A stretch of DNA of 64,000 bases from a virus (Duplodnaviria; Heunggongvirae; Uroviricota; Caudoviricetes). The number at the start of each line of letters is the position of its first letter. Position 1 is the stretch's first letter. Where the stretch lies: positions 187,136-251,135 of IMG/VR virus record IMGVR_UViG_3300037455_000543; one strand, written 5' to 3'. The notes under the pieces are model-generated. The model saw only the letters and a program-made list of their open reading frames with translations, was not told where the DNA came from and made no database searches. Shown in pieces: positions 19,901 through 30,165 of this stretch. The position numbers were made by a program, and so were the translations under genes.

Positions 19901-20071
19901 GCCAAAGATTTCCTTGAATTCATTATAGTCATGGGTTACGATTCTTTGGTTAACCGGACCCTTATTTGACTTTAGCACAATAGCACCAATACCCAAACCT
20001 GGAGCGGCTTCAGTCTGGATGCTATTGTCAATTTCCTGTGTTCTAATACCTGGAACGCTATATTTAGCCAT
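16985..20071 (-). CDS. gp18: Contractile tail sheath protein, enlarged (1028 aa)
   Basis: SVPGIRTQEID...KGPVN...FGAP; C-terminal PWMAPAG...VLWGQKT...LNRINVRR. Confidence 0.95.
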   Translation of the reverse strand: MAKYSVPGIRTQEIDNSIQTEAAPGLGIGAIVLKSNKGPVNQRIVTHDYNEFKEIFGAPETLTDYGHFAAENYFANSTQLYAVRATMGDEQYAQIQFTYDDAPVTAQNRSDSIAKIEYTDNQGINNLCLLQSLKENGYDGLTGTEWQDAFNESEVGTAEASGYALVQGAMYATFQDIKSEGADRLVFKKAKGADLDGVTVSKGVHVIYPETINETIVDGQTAYAPGTMQSKMMFTEEGWATSAQAVVETRAGYDYVKLLVPSSATLDGVGNATIKFQAVKDKIKQGDEISFKDLFETSASEVFYPANSDLFPDWTDPVKNGYGYTNAKRYEVIDWDDPEIKKTYFVDDISLKDDEGNNVYGYAYGVKYTEYGQVDPTYDIAGSPNIETLTKDIVICKNIKTMYDNPSDAKTNVDSYGVEKTDHDAAVDILDSLGISDIADVSKYFYLNYYNPIEDARVEKLVKENFDLVWRDNLEDKLFVRYVEKDSNKLVIRSVFNIKNGEPSMIDLPIQQDSVIEANGERNMVNNIVATPTSYIVNSVDKTYADGYTIKTESDDEPGNGDIEKYKSVFNDQLVIAAIGPGEYGNDIGVSIITTACADIPALQGTYGFNWKWKYDDEDQVNDDDGNADLTWKKVFKINVYVKNKNQTAQAAWGTGMDALLKTPAESFFVSTDPYAKDEEGNSLYAPNVINGHSEYIYVSRASTNDAVDRVGNYAQPVQTFAIYGLTGGKNSTKDNVSEKTAALNLYKDRVRSPFDILFNVEAIDTFNGRQRYNAHQRKIAELAGNRKQDIGVVQVTSKSCKTGKQMVSESKMFTFNNASYVAEYGGYDKYYNGDVASWIYLPKSVAGACAMAHCDTFVYPWMAPAGVANGTIPYANGQLLRLTDDEIGDLYDNNVNTTRDCGNYGVVLWGQKTALKKNSLLNRINVRRCMNYIEKILEHMMTPYLFQQNNVNTRSSARNDIDAFLQRVKAAGGIDRYDVSVTIDSEDPTIMNVNIIVYPTSAIEFIDIKIYINRTKGVSMDETTGRG

Positions 20072-20183
20072 AAATTTTCCTCTTATTAAACATTAATAAC
20101 CAACAATTCACAATTTTTCACAATTTGGTATATAATTATTTATGAAGAAATTTCTAAATTTTTCATATTTAGCCCAACTATTA

Positions 20184-20191
20184 TATAAATA
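20184..20191 (+). promoter_or_regulatory. Late promoter TATAAATA for tail tube
   Basis: Exact motif with AGGAG SD downstream. Confidence 0.75.
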
Positions 20192-20223
20192 ATAAAGAAA
20201 TATAAAATTTAGGAGAATTTATA

Positions 20224-20820
20224 ATGGCTGGAAAGAAATTTGATACTAGCAAAAGTGTTTGGGGCGAGCTTGCTAATAACGTTGACATTATGAAGCAATT
20301 CTTGTTCGATGTTCGCTTCGAATACGAAAGTGATTCTGCTTTAGCACCTATTCTTGACAAAGATGACTTCATGATTAAGGCTAGAAGTGCTTCAATTCCG
20401 CAGAAATCATTTAACGAACTCGAAACCAACTATATGGGAACTAAGCTTCTCTATCCTGGTAAAGCTACCATTACTGGTGATTTTACTGTAACTTGGGACG
20501 AATTCCAGGATAACTCCATTTCCATTGCACTTCATAAGTGGTCTAACCTCCTTATGAACCAGGGCTTTAATGAAGATATCGGCGGTTCTTCGAACAACAT
20601 CACAGGTGGTGCTATTGCAAACTATGCTTCTGCATATTGCTGCACAGTAGAACTTATCATTTATAATTCTACTCTTAAAACACCTCTTCCGATTAAATGG
20701 CGTCTTTATCGTGTATGGCCGAAATCTATTAACGGTTTCCAGCTTGACCACAATGGTGATGCTAAGGTTACACGTGAAGCTACCTTTAGCTACTCTAACT
20801 TCGAAGTTATCTATACCTAA
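20224..20820 (+). CDS. gp19: Tail tube protein
   Basis: ARSASIPQKSFNELETNYMGTKLLYPGK...WRLYRVWPKSI...ATFSY. Confidence 0.9.
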   Translation: MAGKKFDTSKSVWGELANNVDIMKQFLFDVRFEYESDSALAPILDKDDFMIKARSASIPQKSFNELETNYMGTKLLYPGKATITGDFTVTWDEFQDNSISIALHKWSNLLMNQGFNEDIGGSSNNITGGAIANYASAYCCTVELIIYNSTLKTPLPIKWRLYRVWPKSINGFQLDHNGDAKVTREATFSYSNFEVIYT

Positions 20821-20840
20821 TAAGATATACAATATTAATA

Positions 20841-20866
20841 AAAAACCGGTTTTTCAACCGGTTTTT
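20841..20866. terminator. Bidirectional terminator (AACCGGTT arms)
   Basis: AAAAACCGGTT-loop-AACCGGTTTTT. Confidence 0.85.
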
Positions 20867-20884
20867 ATTTTTTATAAAGTTTAA

Positions 20885-22498
20885 CTAGAATCCTAAGTCA
20901 GCTCCAGCCTCTGGCTCTTCGCCGCCTTCATTTGCATTAGCCTCACTTTCTTCTCTCATCTGCTTGATTTCACTTTCAAGCATCTTATTATTCAACAAGA
21001 TATCCTGAGTAGACATACCGAGAATTCTTTCCATGAAGAACTGCTTAGAGAATAACGGTGCAAGTTCTTCAGCACCAGGCTTAATATTGGTAGCAGTCGG
21101 TAAGAACTGAGACAATGTACCAATAACAGAACCGCGTTTTTCAGCAAGGTTCAAATCTCTCATACGTTCGAAGTCAGTTGCCGGATTCAAGTCAATATTA
21201 TATAAGGCACTATCAAGGAACTTTTCCTTATAACCACTAACTCTCAAGTGAACAAGGAAAACCTGTCTGATAATATCGGCAAAACGTCTACGCAATCTAC
21301 GGTTTACTCTCTGAAATGCAACTTCTTCCATATTTGCGGCTTCAACACCCTGATTATAATTGTTACCGCCAATTTCATCAGATTTCCATCTAGCCTGAGG
21401 AATGAACATACCGTCCATAACCATCTTCTGGAGCATCCAAACATCCTGTAACTGACCATCAAATGTAGCACCGGAAGCAAAAGATTCAACAGTAGAACCA
21501 TTACCAGAGTCATCTTTACTGAAGAAGAATTCTTCTGTCATAGCCTGTGTATTCTTAACAGCGTTAATCATACCAGTAGCATTATCGATTGTAAGGTTCT
21601 TTCTATACTTATTAATCATTTCCTGAACCTTAGCTGCAGCCTTATCAGGAGGCATACGACCAGTGTAAATGTTAAATACACGGTGTTCAGTAGCACGAGT
21701 AATTCTATAGACTGTCAAAGCGTCTTCAATATTTCTTAACTGGTTCAATGGTCTGATAGAGCGCTCCAAGTGACCTCTAACGTCGTTTCTATTTGTCCAA
21801 GTTAAAGGATAACGAACATAAGCAATCTGGCTAGGCAAGAACTTCTTGACTTCTTCAACCTTATCTCTCTGCTGAGTCAGATAATTAGTATTCTGAATGA
21901 AACCATTAATATTTTCGGAATACTTATCATATACAACCAACATTGCATAAGGTGCCAATGTATTAATTCCGACAACCTTATTACCTGCGTCATTCAAGCA
22001 GATTTCCCAATAAAGTTCAGAATCTACAAGCCACTTATAATAATATTCCCAAATTTTTTCCTTACCGATAACACAATTAATAAGATAATCAAATTCTGTC
22101 TTTAAAGTATCAAATTCAGCAGCAGTAAACTTTGATTTCCAAGCATCTTCAATATCAAACTTTGCAACATTACCAGCAGCATCTGGACAAACTGCCTCAT
22201 CTGCCATCATATTAAGTCCCTTAGCCACGAGCGGGTAAAGGGACATATTACGATACCATGAAATTTTTGACCATTTATTGGTAAACAATGTTTCGAAAAT
22301 AATATTATTCTGGTTATAATCCATTGCAGGATCAGTAATACCATTATTTGAATAACCAGTGACCAGTTCATTCCAGTTTACCGGATCTTCACCAATACCG
22401 AACGAATTTCTAGCAGCTACTATTGAACGTTGCTGTGCATGATCAGGCGCAGTCTTTAAAAATTCAGAAGAAAATGGATTCCAAAATTGTAGATTCAT
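20885..22498 (-). CDS. gp20: Portal vertex protein
   Basis: SIRPLNQLRNIEDALTVYRITRATEHRVFNIYTG...EEFFF; TATAAATA at 22526-22533. Confidence 0.96.
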   Translation of the reverse strand: MNLQFWNPFSSEFLKTAPDHAQQRSIVAARNSFGIGEDPVNWNELVTGYSNNGITDPAMDYNQNNIIFETLFTNKWSKISWYRNMSLYPLVAKGLNMMADEAVCPDAAGNVAKFDIEDAWKSKFTAAEFDTLKTEFDYLINCVIGKEKIWEYYYKWLVDSELYWEICLNDAGNKVVGINTLAPYAMLVVYDKYSENINGFIQNTNYLTQQRDKVEEVKKFLPSQIAYVRYPLTWTNRNDVRGHLERSIRPLNQLRNIEDALTVYRITRATEHRVFNIYTGRMPPDKAAAKVQEMINKYRKNLTIDNATGMINAVKNTQAMTEEFFFSKDDSGNGSTVESFASGATFDGQLQDVWMLQKMVMDGMFIPQARWKSDEIGGNNYNQGVEAANMEEVAFQRVNRRLRRRFADIIRQVFLVHLRVSGYKEKFLDSALYNIDLNPATDFERMRDLNLAEKRGSVIGTLSQFLPTATNIKPGAEELAPLFSKQFFMERILGMSTQDILLNNKMLESEIKQMREESEANANEGGEEPEAGADLGF

Positions 22499-22605
22499 AA
22501 ATTAAGCCGTAACTTTGTTTTTCTATATTTATAACCTTTAACCTTATTCTTTTGTATTTATGCGGTATCTGAAAGTATAAATATATTAACAATAAGGTCT
22601 AAATA

Positions 22606-25368
22606 ATGAATTATACAAACATAACTTACGAGCAGATATTAAAATCATTTAAAGATAGACTTGCAGCTGATCCAAGATTCAAGAATATCGGTTCTTCGGC
22701 AATCTATGGCATGTTCATGGAAATGATTGCAGCTGTTACTGAAATGACTAACTTCTATATTCAAAGAACAGCTGAAGAAGCATTTATTGAAACTGCTAGA
22801 CTTGATTCCAGTGTTATTAAACATGGTAAAAATCTTGGTTATAATCCTAGACGTGCTATTCCTGCTCGTTGCGAATTAATAATTAGACTAAAAGGACCGC
22901 TTCCAAGTGTTCTTAAGGGCGGCGATGAAATAATGTTCAGCCAAAAAGATATGAAGCTGACATTTAATGGAAACAAGTATATTCTTGATAGTGGCTATAG
23001 TTATGTTCTTACAGAAGATGACATTAGATCTGGTAAGTCATCTGACTGGACTAAAGACTTATATTTCTCCGTTCCTTCTACAGAACATGAATATTTGCCT
23101 TTACAAGGTGTTTCTGTGTATAGTACACAAAATACAATGCCTATTAAATGTTTCCAAGGTGAAGAAAAAGTTGTAGAATTCTTAGGAAGTGCAAATACTA
23201 CCAACTTGAATGAAACTTGCCAGTTCTATGATATCAATGATCTTGAATTTTCTAACTGGTATAGTAAACGTGACCCATTCAGTTTTAGAAATGGTGCATA
23301 TCAAAAAGAATATAGCTGGTGTAAGGTCGGTATTGGTAAAAATGAAACTGAAGCACTTGAAGATGAAGACCATTTATATGCTATTGAAGACCAGTCAATT
23401 TTCTTAAATGAAGATGTTGTTAGACTTGATGGCGCAGCACCAGATACGCCATTAAAGGTTTGCTTAGTAGATACTAATTCCGATAAAACAGTTCGTATTA
23501 CATTTAGTTCTGAACGTTTTATTTGTGATTGCGGCTTAAAAACGGCTGATGAAAATCTTTATGTAAAATATATCGCAACTAAGGGTAAGCAAGCTAATAT
23601 AATTGGTGTCACTGGTTCTATCATGACACACAATAATAAAATTTACGTTAGCTCTAGAGGTAGCGTAGTTGATGTAACCAATAATGTCCAATTTATAATT
23701 AATTCTGACATTTATGGCGGCGATGATTTTGAACCTCAAGAAAGTATAAAGATTAATGCGCCTATGTATTTCTCTTCTCGTGGTAAACTTATTACTCACG
23801 ATGACTATGTTTCTTACTTCAGAGCATTAACATCACCTATAAAGGTTCAAAATGCACTAGTTTTTGGTCAAGATGAAATTGAAGATAATGGAAAAGCATT
23901 CCATACATTACTACAGAATAATGTTATTTATTGTTTAATGGGTCATTTATATCTAAAGAACAATGGTAACTGGGATGTTAGAAATGTTCTTACAAGTTCT
24001 GATGACTATAATGATTTCTCATTGTATGGCAATGATTATTTAAACCATCTAATTGACTATATGAAATTTGTATATTCTTTCGAAGGTTTCTATAATTGTC
24101 AGCAAAGTAAACCTGGTCCAAATACGGAAACTTGGTTAAGAAATATTCAGTTGCTTAATCAGGAATTACACTATAAAGCCGAACTTATTTCCCGTCAGTT
24201 CTCCTTGCCTCCGTATGTCCAATACTTTGATGCTGTTGGAACTGTCTATGTTAATGACTTGACAGATATTGAAGAATATACAAAGGAAATGAAAAATAGA
24301 GTTTATGAATATCTTGACAATAAACTTGCCAAGGACAGAAAAATATATCGTTCTGAAATCATTAAACTTTATAATGAACATCCAGACACAATAGCAACAG
24401 ATATTGATTTTAAGATATCTGATATTATCACTTCTAAACCACAAAATTTCAGATGGGTAGGTAAAATTACAAATGGCTATAATCCATATGATAATGCATT
24501 ATGGACATTTAAAAATAATCTTGACCATGAGCCGACAATATCTTTAACGCCTGGTACACAAGGTATAGTCTGGAATGAATTAACTATATCTAAGAAAGAT
24601 AGCTCTGGCGTAACTTTGACAACTGATTTATTCAATAATAATGCGACTATTTCAATCACTTACTATAATTCAAATCATGAACAATTGACATATAATTGTC
24701 CAGCAGACAAATTTAATGTCATTGATTTAGGTGAGCAAATTAAATTGATTCCTATTTCTGGTCAAGAAATGAATATTATATATGACAGTACACTTCCTGT
24801 CAATCTTATTATAACTGTTAACAGTAATGAAGATTTCTATTCTAGCTCTGAACTTTCTGAAAATCGCTGGCAAGAAAATTATGGATTAACAAGTAAGGCA
24901 AGCTATAATAAGATAATAGAATTCCTTAATTCTTGGCTTGAAGGATTACATCCTACGAAAGATGCGGCCCGTGCTATTCCATTACCTTATAAGGTTACTA
25001 CAAATACAACTGTCACAAGAGACGAGGAAATACTAAGACTTGGCTATATTAAATCTACCAATGACAAGACGCTTTCTGAATATACATTCTGGAATTACTT
25101 TGTAAAATATGTATTAGATACATATTATGGCAAAGATTCAGTTAATAGCGCTGATACAGTTAGACCTGAAACTATAGATGACAATACGGAATTTGATGCT
25201 GATGTATGGCAATATGCAAATAACCTGATTATGGACATTTATCGTAAAGTAAAACCAGGTATCTGCGATTCTATTCTGGATAATAACAATAATATTGTCA
25301 ATTTCAGTACCGATATGGAATGTGCCGCATTAGTAAACAAAATTACAGTTAAACACTATAGTAAATAA
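22606..25368 (+). CDS. gp6: Baseplate wedge subunit
   Basis: ITYEQILKSFKDRL...EAFIETARLDSSVIKHGKNLGYNPR...ESIKINAP...LITHDDY. Confidence 0.92.
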   Translation: MNYTNITYEQILKSFKDRLAADPRFKNIGSSAIYGMFMEMIAAVTEMTNFYIQRTAEEAFIETARLDSSVIKHGKNLGYNPRRAIPARCELIIRLKGPLPSVLKGGDEIMFSQKDMKLTFNGNKYILDSGYSYVLTEDDIRSGKSSDWTKDLYFSVPSTEHEYLPLQGVSVYSTQNTMPIKCFQGEEKVVEFLGSANTTNLNETCQFYDINDLEFSNWYSKRDPFSFRNGAYQKEYSWCKVGIGKNETEALEDEDHLYAIEDQSIFLNEDVVRLDGAAPDTPLKVCLVDTNSDKTVRITFSSERFICDCGLKTADENLYVKYIATKGKQANIIGVTGSIMTHNNKIYVSSRGSVVDVTNNVQFIINSDIYGGDDFEPQESIKINAPMYFSSRGKLITHDDYVSYFRALTSPIKVQNALVFGQDEIEDNGKAFHTLLQNNVIYCLMGHLYLKNNGNWDVRNVLTSSDDYNDFSLYGNDYLNHLIDYMKFVYSFEGFYNCQQSKPGPNTETWLRNIQLLNQELHYKAELISRQFSLPPYVQYFDAVGTVYVNDLTDIEEYTKEMKNRVYEYLDNKLAKDRKIYRSEIIKLYNEHPDTIATDIDFKISDIITSKPQNFRWVGKITNGYNPYDNALWTFKNNLDHEPTISLTPGTQGIVWNELTISKKDSSGVTLTTDLFNNNATISITYYNSNHEQLTYNCPADKFNVIDLGEQIKLIPISGQEMNIIYDSTLPVNLIITVNSNEDFYSSSELSENRWQENYGLTSKASYNKIIEFLNSWLEGLHPTKDAARAIPLPYKVTTNTTVTRDEEILRLGYIKSTNDKTLSEYTFWNYFVKYVLDTYYGKDSVNSADTVRPETIDDNTEFDADVWQYANNLIMDIYRKVKPGICDSILDNNNNIVNFSTDMECAALVNKITVKHYSK

Positions 25369-25386
25369 AATTTTAAACATAAAATA

Positions 25387-25412
25387 AAAAACCAGCCAAA
25401 TGGCTGGTTTTT
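25387..25412. terminator. Bidirectional terminator
   Basis: AAAAACCAGCCA-loop-TGGCTGGTTTTT. Confidence 0.85.
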
Positions 25413-25415
25413 ATT

Positions 25416-28400
25416 TTAATCGTTATCATCATAAGAAATACTATAATTATTTAATAGCTTCCATCCAATTGATATAGGTCTTCTTATATTTGGATCAACA
25501 TATTTAGTTGCATTGGCATCGTTTTGCGCAGGCATTGCCATACATTCTAAACATACACCACAACCATCATCTATTGTTATCTGCGCCATTCTATAATTAC
25601 AATTACTTCCTCTAACTTCATCTCTAAGCTCAAACATATCATTGAATTCTTGTTTCAATACAGTCTCTACATTTGTATTTGAATGTGGTATATAACGTTT
25701 AAACATCCAGAAATGCAAATGTTCTGAGCTTTGGTTATCCGCTTCCATGTCACAGCTAATAAGATTTATACGCACTCTTGTCTGTTGTTCAATAGAATTA
25801 ACCAATGGAATAAGCGGGAAAATATAATCCTCACTATCAACATCAACAAAATGAACATTAAGTTCAACAAAATCATATCCTTCTGGTAATACGGCATACA
25901 TATAAGGATATTTGTAATCAGTTGTTTCGTCATTATTTGCAAATCCAAAAAGTACATATGGAACACCTGTTGGACTAGGAGTTTTTGGATTTGGACATAT
26001 TTGACTTGCCATTCTCATAGCGCCGTTGAAATAATAATGTGAATCTGCGTCTGGATGACCATCATTATCATCCTGATAACCAAACAGTCCATACTTTATC
26101 CAATTCTCTAATACTAAATACATTGGAGATTTTGATTTGTCAGTAGTTCCTGTGTCATACCATGCACCAATTTTAGGTGTTGTATATCCAATATTTGTAT
26201 TATTTGTATCACTAACAAAAACTTCTGCAAAGAATGTTCTAGTTGCCGGCTTTGCTTTCTGTTCAATTTCGTTATCAACATAATTCTGTAATGTTGTTCC
26301 ACCAATTGTGAAATCTGTTGCATTTTGTACACTGATATTATCCGTAGTTATTGAATTTGCAGTTAAGCCGTCGTTAAATTTAGCCTTATTTGCAGATATA
26401 CCAATATTTGCATAAATAGCATCTGTTTTTAAGAGACCTTTATATTCATAGCTATTTTTATCAGTGTAGTCAGTACCGTTGAAATTAAAACTTTTAACGA
26501 GTTCGAATGTAAGTGCATTATATCTATAAGTATCATTAATACCGCCACCAATAATAAGCGGAACTAAACTATCTTCATTATATGGAGATAATTTATTATT
26601 ATACTGGCCTAAATAAACTTCATGTCCAGTATAACCACCGCCCTTTACAGAAACAGCATTACCCTTAATACCAATAGCATTAATAACTACCTTATTCGAA
26701 TATATACTTGGTTCATTAGCATTAAACTTATCAGTATTTCTGGAATTTAAAATAACAGAATCTTGTAAATTATAGCAATGGTAAGACGTTCTACCTGCAT
26801 CATTATAACCGTTATCATAACCATTGATAATAGTAACATCTTTATTAGTTGCTAAATAATTTGAATGAGATGCAAAAATAGATGTACCAGAACAACCATC
26901 CCTTACAATATTAGCACTACCTGCTATCAAATATGTATATAATGAAGTATTATATATTTCTGAATTTTTCTCACCGATTAAAATTGCACCACTTGCGCCA
27001 TTATACATTTTACAATCAACTGTATCTAGCATTGTTACGTTAGTAGCACCATTATAAAGATGAGCGCTTTTAGAGTTCATTATTAAAGAATTAGTGCCGC
27101 CGCTATCATGTGCAGAACAATCATTGCTATTAAGTAGCATTAACTGTGGGCAATTGTCCTCTACATTGTTTCTATTTGACTGAATAAACGCTGCAGAAGT
27201 CATACCATTAAAGCCACTGTTTTCATTAGACATTAATAGCAATAAATGATTAGAACTGTTGTATAACTCATTGTTATTAGAACCAATTAATAAGTTATTA
27301 TTTGTACTATCATGTAACAAGTTTAAATTAGAATTAATTAAACCATTATTATTAGCACCATTATAAGCTGTATTGCCATCAGATTTGATATAGGTATTAT
27401 TATAAGGGGAATAATATTCAAAATTAGAATTAGAAAAAATATAATTTGCGGTATAATCATTAGATACCAGCATTCTTATATTATTATCAGAGAATATTGC
27501 TCGAGAACCTGTTGTATGAATAAATTCATTTACACCGAATAATGATACGTTTGCATTAATTACTCTTGTTTCATATACGGGAAATTTTTCATAACTATTA
27601 TATGGAATACTTAATGGTGCTGGCGCATAAACCGGATGAGTATTAGTCATAGGTTCAGTAGAACGCAATGTTTCAATCATTGTTGCGCCAGTTATTGGAG
27701 TTTCACCTATATTGGCAATATCACCTTCATAAGCAAAAGAATATAATGTTCTATGATCCTTATATGTCGGACGATCGTAACGGGCATCATCTTTCTTACC
27801 ACAATTTATTGTGTTCAAGAGAGATGGTGAGTTAAATTTAAAGTCCATTTCATCACTCGGTGACTGGTCTGCTACCATAATTGATTTACTAATTGCAAAA
27901 TTACCATTTTCATTTAAATTAAATTCATTTATAACGACATCATCAACAGTCGCATATATATTTGTTTCGCCGTCAGTCTTTAAACCATTATTAGTTAACT
28001 GAAATTTTTCATTAATATCTTTTAACTCTTCTGCTTCTAAACCAACATTACTACCAATAACTGGATTCTCAGTAAATGTGATACGCCACTGGAACTTAAA
28101 TTCAACATACTCATTCTGTTCAGCCATGAATTCGACTAATGGTCTAGTCTCTTCAGTTTCTTCATCTGGAACTGAAATGATAGCACCGACAACAGTTGGC
28201 TTTTGTGAATCTGCAACACTATAAGGTGCATCCTTGTCAGTAACATATTGTTTACCAAGAACAATTATAGCATTGAAAGATGGATCACCACCAGTCCACA
28301 TGAGCATGGTCTTATTGAAATTAAAATCATACATACCATAGCAAAGACCGTCTTTATCCTTAACGCCCATATCTGGGTGATATCTACAGTCAAATAAATA

Positions 28401-28697
28401 TGTATTTTCAGTTTTTGAAGTTCTTGCGAAAATATCATTTATTGCAGAATTATATGCCAAATCATCTTCAGGCAATATATTGCTGCCGTTACAAAGATAG
28501 TTTACGCCCTTCATTGCGAGCGTGCCATATTCTCCGTCTTTTAACTGCTCCCATGTAAGACTTTTTACAATGTCTTCAGTTAACGTATCATTGTTTAAAA
28601 GTACCACGCCCATTACTGCGAAGTGAATACCACCATCCTGGGCAACAATCATTCTTTTACCTTCGTCAGTAAATATAAATTTTCCAATATCGGCCAT
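25416..28697 (-). CDS. Tail fibre / receptor-binding protein with Asn-rich beta-roll repeats
   Basis: FIFTDEG N-terminus typical of fibre anchors; repeated (I/L)xSxxN units; LGQYN...LIIGGG...RYNAL. Confidence 0.65.
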   Translation of the reverse strand: MADIGKFIFTDEGKRMIVAQDGGIHFAVMGVVLLNNDTLTEDIVKSLTWEQLKDGEYGTLAMKGVNYLCNGSNILPEDDLAYNSAINDIFARTSKTENTYLFDCRYHPDMGVKDKDGLCYGMYDFNFNKTMLMWTGGDPSFNAIIVLGKQYVTDKDAPYSVADSQKPTVVGAIISVPDEETEETRPLVEFMAEQNEYVEFKFQWRITFTENPVIGSNVGLEAEELKDINEKFQLTNNGLKTDGETNIYATVDDVVINEFNLNENGNFAISKSIMVADQSPSDEMDFKFNSPSLLNTINCGKKDDARYDRPTYKDHRTLYSFAYEGDIANIGETPITGATMIETLRSTEPMTNTHPVYAPAPLSIPYNSYEKFPVYETRVINANVSLFGVNEFIHTTGSRAIFSDNNIRMLVSNDYTANYIFSNSNFEYYSPYNNTYIKSDGNTAYNGANNNGLINSNLNLLHDSTNNNLLIGSNNNELYNSSNHLLLLMSNENSGFNGMTSAAFIQSNRNNVEDNCPQLMLLNSNDCSAHDSGGTNSLIMNSKSAHLYNGATNVTMLDTVDCKMYNGASGAILIGEKNSEIYNTSLYTYLIAGSANIVRDGCSGTSIFASHSNYLATNKDVTIINGYDNGYNDAGRTSYHCYNLQDSVILNSRNTDKFNANEPSIYSNKVVINAIGIKGNAVSVKGGGYTGHEVYLGQYNNKLSPYNEDSLVPLIIGGGINDTYRYNALTFELVKSFNFNGTDYTDKNSYEYKGLLKTDAIYANIGISANKAKFNDGLTANSITTDNISVQNATDFTIGGTTLQNYVDNEIEQKAKPATRTFFAEVFVSDTNNTNIGYTTPKIGAWYDTGTTDKSKSPMYLVLENWIKYGLFGYQDDNDGHPDADSHYYFNGAMRMASQICPNPKTPSPTGVPYVLFGFANNDETTDYKYPYMYAVLPEGYDFVELNVHFVDVDSEDYIFPLIPLVNSIEQQTRVRINLISCDMEADNQSSEHLHFWMFKRYIPHSNTNVETVLKQEFNDMFELRDEVRGSNCNYRMAQITIDDGCGVCLECMAMPAQNDANATKYVDPNIRRPISIGWKLLNNYSISYDDND

Positions 28698-28725
28698 ATT
28701 ATATTAGTCCTTAAAATCTTTTATA

Positions 28726-28737
28726 TATTTATAAATA
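28726..28737. promoter_or_regulatory. Palindromic double late promoter TATTTATAAATA
   Basis: TATAAATA on both strands between divergent genes. Confidence 0.75.
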
Positions 28738-28744
28738 GAATGTT

Positions 28745-29605
28745 ATGATTTTTAATTGTAAAATTTGTGGATTTAGTTCAGAAGACCCTAATGCCTTTGC
28801 ACAACATATTAAAAAAGACCATCAGTTGTCAATGAAAGGCTATTATGACCAATATTTACGTAAACCGGGTGAAGGGGTCTGTCCGGTTTGTGGAAAAGAA
28901 ACCCAATACCTTACCTTAACTAAGGGTTATAGAGAATATTGTAGCATAAAATGTTCAAATTCTGTAAGACAAGCTACCAAGGTAGAAAAACAAGCTGAAC
29001 TTGAATGTAAAATATGTGGTAAAAAATTTGAGGGAACAGCACAGCAAGTAGCTGTTCAGTTCTCGAAGCACCTGAAAGAACACAATATCTATGAACCTAA
29101 AATCTATTATGACAAGTATATTAGACAGGAAGGTGAAGGTATTTGTCCAGTTTGCGGAAAAGAGACTACATTCTACAGTATTCTTAGAGGCTATGACAAA
29201 TATTGTAGCAATAAATGTGCTGGTGCTGCATTAAAAGAAGATAAAAATTCTCAACAGGGCAAACTTCATAAACTGGTCGAAGTTAAAGATAGTATTAAAA
29301 ACTTAGGTCTATCTATTATCGCAAAATATAAAAACTTTATAGCTAACGAGAAAAAACCTAAGTTTGCAGATGTAAGAACTAATCCGATTACCCACAAGAA
29401 TATTTCTACTGAAGCTACCTATGTCGACGAAAACCATAAAACCTATATGGTCAAGACGGAAATATCATGTAGCACGCAAAGACCGAATAATATAGGTAAT
29501 CAGTCAAGATATATGCCTAAATTAGAATCATGTGATCAAGAATATAAATTCGATGATATAATCGATGATAATTCTGAATTAAACGAAAGCGAATGGTGTA
29601 ATTAA
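28745..29605 (+). CDS. Zinc-finger protein with duplicated C2H2 plus CPVCG/YCSxKC module
   Basis: Two copies of CKICG...H(I/L)K.H...YYDxYxRxxGEGxCPVCGKET.....GYxxYCSxKC. Confidence 0.75.
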   Translation: MIFNCKICGFSSEDPNAFAQHIKKDHQLSMKGYYDQYLRKPGEGVCPVCGKETQYLTLTKGYREYCSIKCSNSVRQATKVEKQAELECKICGKKFEGTAQQVAVQFSKHLKEHNIYEPKIYYDKYIRQEGEGICPVCGKETTFYSILRGYDKYCSNKCAGAALKEDKNSQQGKLHKLVEVKDSIKNLGLSIIAKYKNFIANEKKPKFADVRTNPITHKNISTEATYVDENHKTYMVKTEISCSTQRPNNIGNQSRYMPKLESCDQEYKFDDIIDDNSELNESEWCN

Positions 29606-29624
29606 AAGTATAAATATATAGAAT

Positions 29625-30164
29625 ATGGAAAAACTTTGGGAAAGATTCTTTTATTCGCTCGAAGATAAGAATAGCGTATCTGGTTTAAGACGTTTGGTAA
29701 ATAATGCCGAAACGATGTCTGCTTATTTCGAAGCCAATAATATATTGGCCGAAGCAAACAGAACATTACCAATGTTAATCAGAAAGAATAAAAAAATCAA
29801 TTTAAGCTGTCATAATAGGGATATAGATAATATCCTAGTCTTTATATTTTTAAAATCGATTACAACAATTCCTACAAAGACGAAAGCATATAAGTTAGGT
29901 TTAATCAATAAGAATGGCGAGTTGATTAGAAGTCCTGAAACTCAACAAGAACATGATGCAATTTCCAATCTTGACTTGCTTATGTTTAAACTTAGGGAAT
30001 GGCTTAGACCGAAAATGTATTGTCTTGCTTCTATTAACTGGATTAGAGGCTTATACAATGATAAACGTATTCAGAATTACCTTATGAATACTGATTTCGT
30101 TTCAAGACAATATGTCGTAAGACGACTTAACAATGAATTAAATGATATTTTAAGGAAACATTGA
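29625..30164 (+). CDS. Conserved T4-like phage hypothetical (head-region) protein
   Basis: FLKSITT...TKAYKLGLINKNGE motif; TATAAATA at 29609-29616. Confidence 0.6.
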   Translation: MEKLWERFFYSLEDKNSVSGLRRLVNNAETMSAYFEANNILAEANRTLPMLIRKNKKINLSCHNRDIDNILVFIFLKSITTIPTKTKAYKLGLINKNGELIRSPETQQEHDAISNLDLLMFKLREWLRPKMYCLASINWIRGLYNDKRIQNYLMNTDFVSRQYVVRRLNNELNDILRKH

Positions 30165-30165
30165 T

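Noticed and set aside
28745-29605. Homing endonuclease call
   Set aside because: No catalytic nuclease motif recognised.
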